64,000 nucleotides of DNA, taken from Candidatus Heimdallarchaeota archaeon (GTDB lineage: Archaea > Asgardarchaeota > Heimdallarchaeia > JABLTI01). This document shows positions 59,856-64,000 of the stretch, piece by piece (the stretch's first letter is position 1; each line of letters begins with the position of its first letter). The notes below the pieces were generated by a model, which did no database searches, was not told the origin of the DNA, and was given only the letters and a program-made list of their open reading frames with translations. Both the position numbers and the translations under genes were made by a program. The stretch spans positions 1-64,000 of the forward strand of contig JAHLVW010000074.1 of assembly GCA_019058275.1 (NCBI GenBank), written 5' to 3'.

Positions 59856-62729
59856 ATGAAACAAACTAGTAATTTAGCTATAATACTTATTTCGTTTTTG
59901 TTATTTAGTATAGTGTTTCCATTATATACCGATTCAGAGGAAATTAATGATCTTATAAAACCAAGAGATAGCTCATTTTCAATTCAAAATTCATTATTAG
60001 ACTTAAAAGATTCTTTAAATCAGGGAGAAATTTACAATGAAAATTCTTGGAATGCAGTTGAAAATAGCACAATTGAACGTTCATTTCACAATAACAATTC
60101 AATTAATGAAACCTCTAATTTAGTATCTATAGATAATTGTGATGATTGGTCATTAGATAGTAATTTTAATTTTACAAATATAAGAGAGGAAAAAATTACT
60201 AATGGGGATGCTGAAACAACTGAAACATTATGGACAGATTATATACCCTCTCATTATGATGGTAATGTTACAAGAGAGAGCAATCCTCCGAGTGGTGAAG
60301 TAATAAATGGCAATAATTCCTGGTATTTTGACATAATTTCTGATGATCATACAACGATAGTTGGATTTGATGATCCAATAAACGTTTCAAGCAATTCTGT
60401 GGTATTTAGTTTCTCTTATTCTTTATTAAGAAATAATCTAGACACAAGTTATGATTCTAATATATGCATTCGTTTATTTTTCCAATTTGATATTTACATT
60501 TTCATTTGGTTTGATGGTAATCTAGGTGTATTATCAAATGTTACAGGACCGGGTGGATATGCTGATCTATTAGTGAACGAAGCCACATTTGATGGTGCGA
60601 TTCATGAATATATGTTGAATGTAACTGCATTGGGATTAGAGCTATTTAATCAAGAACCAGATCAATTAAGAAGTTTAGCAATTCAAACATGGGGTGAAAT
60701 TCAATTTGATATGGAATTTATAATGGATGATATATCATTAACAGATCAAGTTTCCCCCTTAAGTGTTGGAATGCAAATTAATTCCATTCCAGTTATTGGT
60801 ACAGAGGGATTTGGTTTTATTCAACTATCAGATAATCCAGCACCTCAAGTAGATTATTTGATTCAATTTACAACACAAGATACAATACTATGGGATTGTA
60901 GTTATACAATAATAGGTTCTGGAAAAAGTAATAGTCAAAGATTACTAGGATTTAGAACTTGGGATGAAGTACTGTGGAGGGAGACCATAAATGACACAAT
61001 TCTATTACCGTTAGGTTTGAATAATATAACAATTACAAAGTGGATTCCAACTGATTGGATTATCGATCAAGTCTTGGTAAATGAATTAAGTCAAAGTTAT
61101 TCCATTTCTGAAACAAATTCCACTCACAAAAACGTACAATTCTATAGTTCATCAATAAGTGAGATTGAGTATCGCTTGATATCTACAAATCTAATGGATA
61201 ATATTATACTTTCAGATTATCAGATAACACATGATGATAGTTTTAGCATTTATGTTGAATCAAGAATATATAGCGAATTGATTGATTTATACATTTTATC
61301 GCCCCAAGAAGATATAGTATTTTTCACATCAAATATTTCAGAAAGCAACGGTAATATTGTCTATTCAGACATTAAATTGAGTAGTGATTTATCAAGAGGT
61401 AATTATACAATCATAGCAATTTGGGAATCATCAGACGAAGCAGGCATTAGTACGATAGAAATTGAACTAACTTCAATTTCTACAAATACAATGCCAACAG
61501 AAAGCAATATTACAATTAATTACCAACAAAATTTCATCATAGAAATTGATTACATAAATTTAGAGGATAATAGTTCAATTGATCAAGCACAAGTTTCATA
61601 TTCTTGGGATTTGGGATCAGGGATTTTACTCCAGAAACCTAATAAAAAATATTCTACTGAAATAATAGACTGTGATGCAGATCCCAATGTTTATACACTA
61701 AATATTATTTGCAGTAAAAATGGTTACGCAACATCAATGCTCGAGATTAATATTACAGTTGTATTCAGAGATTTTGCTTTATTAATTATAAGTCCTGAAA
61801 TTGTAATTCCAGGAGAAGTGGTTACAATAAATGCTTTTGTTGAAGATAATTTATCATCTCCAGTGCCAAATTTAGAAGTACAAGTTGAAATAAATGATGA
61901 ATTATATATAAAAACTTGGACAAATGACTCAGGTTATGCTTTAGCAGTATATTACATTTCACCAATTTATTCCTTTAGTACATTAAATATTAGTTGTTCA
62001 ATTATTTTTGATGATATCGAGTATTTGAGTTCCGAAAAAAATATTTCAATAAACTTATTTGAAGCACCAAGAGCAGTTAATTTAGGTTCACCAAATCATC
62101 TAACATCAATTAGAGATAATGAATCAGTTTATTTTAGCTTTCAAATAAACTATCCATCAATTGGTAAGAGTTGGTATATTGATATTCCTGTTGGTTTTAA
62201 GCCAATTTCTGCACTCGTAGTTTCAAATGAAAATAATATTAGTGCAACAATTTCCCCCTTTGGAGTAATTACTTGGACAAAAGAAATTATTAATTCTTCT
62301 ATAGACTATGATATACTCTTAATTGAAATAGAGAAACCTCACCCTGTATATAGTTTTAAACCCCTTAATTCTGAATTAATAATAGAAATAACAATAGACG
62401 TAAATCAAGTTCCTTATAATGGCTTAGAAATAGTAATTCATCGCGATTCAGATTGGTCAATTTATGATAATTGGAATTTGTATTTAAACAATGCAATAGT
62501 AACCGAAGAATGTAATCTAGTAATCGAAGATGAGCTCTTTACTTTCAAAGTTTATTCAACTAGTGAAATTGATTCTATAACCTATCAACTGAAAGGTACA
62601 AATCAAGGTATTGTTCGAATTGAGCCATCAACCATTATATTGGGTATAGGAATTGCTATTTTAACAGTTACATCAACTATACTGTTATTTAAGAAAAAAT
62701 CTGATGTTTCACTTGATGTCCAATTATAA
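59856..62729 (+). CDS. Large cell-surface glycoprotein with Ig-like domains and a C-terminal TM
   Basis: Signal peptide, many N-x-S/T sequons, beta-rich sequence, C-terminal TM followed by KKK. Confidence 0.8.
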   Translation: MKQTSNLAIILISFLLFSIVFPLYTDSEEINDLIKPRDSSFSIQNSLLDLKDSLNQGEIYNENSWNAVENSTIERSFHNNNSINETSNLVSIDNCDDWSLDSNFNFTNIREEKITNGDAETTETLWTDYIPSHYDGNVTRESNPPSGEVINGNNSWYFDIISDDHTTIVGFDDPINVSSNSVVFSFSYSLLRNNLDTSYDSNICIRLFFQFDIYIFIWFDGNLGVLSNVTGPGGYADLLVNEATFDGAIHEYMLNVTALGLELFNQEPDQLRSLAIQTWGEIQFDMEFIMDDISLTDQVSPLSVGMQINSIPVIGTEGFGFIQLSDNPAPQVDYLIQFTTQDTILWDCSYTIIGSGKSNSQRLLGFRTWDEVLWRETINDTILLPLGLNNITITKWIPTDWIIDQVLVNELSQSYSISETNSTHKNVQFYSSSISEIEYRLISTNLMDNIILSDYQITHDDSFSIYVESRIYSELIDLYILSPQEDIVFFTSNISESNGNIVYSDIKLSSDLSRGNYTIIAIWESSDEAGISTIEIELTSISTNTMPTESNITINYQQNFIIEIDYINLEDNSSIDQAQVSYSWDLGSGILLQKPNKKYSTEIIDCDADPNVYTLNIICSKNGYATSMLEINITVVFRDFALLIISPEIVIPGEVVTINAFVEDNLSSPVPNLEVQVEINDELYIKTWTNDSGYALAVYYISPIYSFSTLNISCSIIFDDIEYLSSEKNISINLFEAPRAVNLGSPNHLTSIRDNESVYFSFQINYPSIGKSWYIDIPVGFKPISALVVSNENNISATISPFGVITWTKEIINSSIDYDILLIEIEKPHPVYSFKPLNSELIIEITIDVNQVPYNGLEIVIHRDSDWSIYDNWNLYLNNAIVTEECNLVIEDELFTFKVYSTSEIDSITYQLKGTNQGIVRIEPSTIILGIGIAILTVTSTILLFKKKSDVSLDVQL

Positions 62730-62741
62730 TTTCAAAAATTG

Positions 62742-63095
62742 CTATTCCCATATTTCGAAAAGCTTTTTCAAAGATTTTGCTTTCAAATTTTCTATTCGAA
62801 ATCTGAAGATTTTTATTCTTCCGAATCTTTTCTCTTGAACAAGACCAACTTTAGTTAAGAATTCTAAATGCTGTGTCGTTGTACTGTGATTTAAATTAGC
62901 AAATCTAGCAATAGCTGAAATATTGAGTTCTTCCATTTCAGCTAGTGTTTTTAAAATTAGTACTCTTCCTTTTGATGATAATACATCTTCAATGCCAAAA
63001 TCTATGAATTCTATATCATTTTCTTGGAATTTTGATTCATTATCTTCCAAAGAACTATTTTTTTCACTTATTTTACTCGTTGGGGGTCTATACAT
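62742..63095 (-). CDS. ArsR-type winged-HTH protein downstream of cdc6
   Basis: SSKGRVLIL...ELNISAIAR..NLNH....HL..L...GLV.EKRFGRI. Confidence 0.85.
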   Translation of the reverse strand: MYRPPTSKISEKNSSLEDNESKFQENDIEFIDFGIEDVLSSKGRVLILKTLAEMEELNISAIARFANLNHSTTTQHLEFLTKVGLVQEKRFGRIKIFRFRIENLKAKSLKKLFEIWE

Positions 63096-63133
63096 ATAAC
63101 TAATTTTCCTCTCCTTTAATCAACAGTTCAGAA

Positions 63134-64000
63134 TTAATCGATATGTTTTTCAAGTTGCTCTCTAATTGCTTTTTCAATTTTTTCAGCAGAAACATCTGGT
63201 AATCCAATTAACGTTGTTTGCCCTCTTTGCCCCTTACTACTAGGTTTAGTTGTAATTACATCACAATTTTGTAAATATTGAATATATTCCCAAACTTGCG
63301 TATGACTTCTGGTCGGTAAATTGAATTCTTCACATAATCCTTTGTATATTTCCTCTGCCTCTCCTATAGTTGCATATGCTTTTTGGGTTGTTCTTAGTTT
63401 AATAGCTATTGCCAATAGAACTAATTTCTGTTGTGATGTTAAATCCTTTACAATTTCTTGTCTAATTACTGGATGTATTGATGCATTAGCATAACGCACA
63501 TGTTCTGGTAGTACTTTTAAGGACTGTCTGTGATCAGCGTGTATACCAGCACGTTCTAATAATTCAATTGCGTATCTTGCATCACCATTTTTTGATACAA
63601 TATCAGCTATTAAATCAATTGCTTCCTGTGAAACAGTATCCTCGAAGAATGCCTCCTTAACTCTATCTGCTACAATATCTCTAAGCTGATCTTCAGTATA
63701 TGGTTCTAATAAGATTGTATTTTGTCTTAATGTACTTAATGTGCTCTCATCAAGCATAGTTCTAAATGCGATATCCCTTACAATTGTAATCATTGATACT
63801 CTTTCTTTCATATCAATTTCATCATCTGTTAATCTCGTAAGATCATACAGAAGGTCTGGACCATCTTTTCTAATGACAAAATCAATTTCATCCAAAGTAA
63901 CAATTAGGAATAATCTTTTTCGGTTTAAGATCTCAGTTAACATATTCAGAATTTCTTCTGGGGAAAATCCTCTTACAGGTATATGAGGATTAAATTTTCG
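63134..64000 (-). CDS. cdc6: Orc1/Cdc6 replication initiator (5' end beyond the window)
   Basis: IVTLDEID, LYDLTR, PYT.DQL.DI...R, GDARYAIELL and a C-terminal winged helix. Confidence 0.95.
   Translation of the reverse strand, partial: RKFNPHIPVRGFSPEEILNMLTEILNRKRLFLIVTLDEIDFVIRKDGPDLLYDLTRLTDDEIDMKERVSMITIVRDIAFRTMLDESTLSTLRQNTILLEPYTEDQLRDIVADRVKEAFFEDTVSQEAIDLIADIVSKNGDARYAIELLERAGIHADHRQSLKVLPEHVRYANASIHPVIRQEIVKDLTSQQKLVLLAIAIKLRTTQKAYATIGEAEEIYKGLCEEFNLPTRSHTQVWEYIQYLQNCDVITTKPSSKGQRGQTTLIGLPDVSAEKIEKAIREQLEKHID

Overview
AT-rich (about 30% GC by eye) chromosomal segment of an Asgard archaeon, most likely Heimdallarchaeia. This call rests on archaeal information-processing genes (PCNA, GINS, TFB, TFS, Rpo11, Csl4, uL3/uL4/uL23/uL2, uS10, eS27, TgtA, histone, Cdc6) together with eukaryotic-signature-type genes (Rab-like and other small GTPases, roadblock, a WBP1/OST48-like protein). 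There are five tRNA genes, four with BHB-type introns, one of them in the D-loop. No CRISPR array, rRNA gene or transposase was seen. The most notable observations are: (1) an ExeA-like AAA+ ATPase / ribbon-helix-helix / HTH cluster surrounded by at least 8 copies of a 25-bp triple-GTAWTAC palindrome, a candidate new partition-like system; (2) a likely replication origin about 15 kb from that cluster, made of an inverted ORB pair next to oapA/oapB rather than cdc6; (3) two unannotated tandem 27-28 aa paralogous peptides with a conserved RMKFALIxGA C-terminus; (4) strong over-representation of (T)CTCGAG(A); (5) a pilus operon containing its own divergent TFB and a C/D-box sRNA; (6) a YcaO inserted among ribosomal protein genes; (7) a HEAT-acidic-Rab fusion with degenerate catalytic motifs; and (8) a decayed island integrated at tRNA-Leu. 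All family calls come from motif recognition by eye; no database searches were run.
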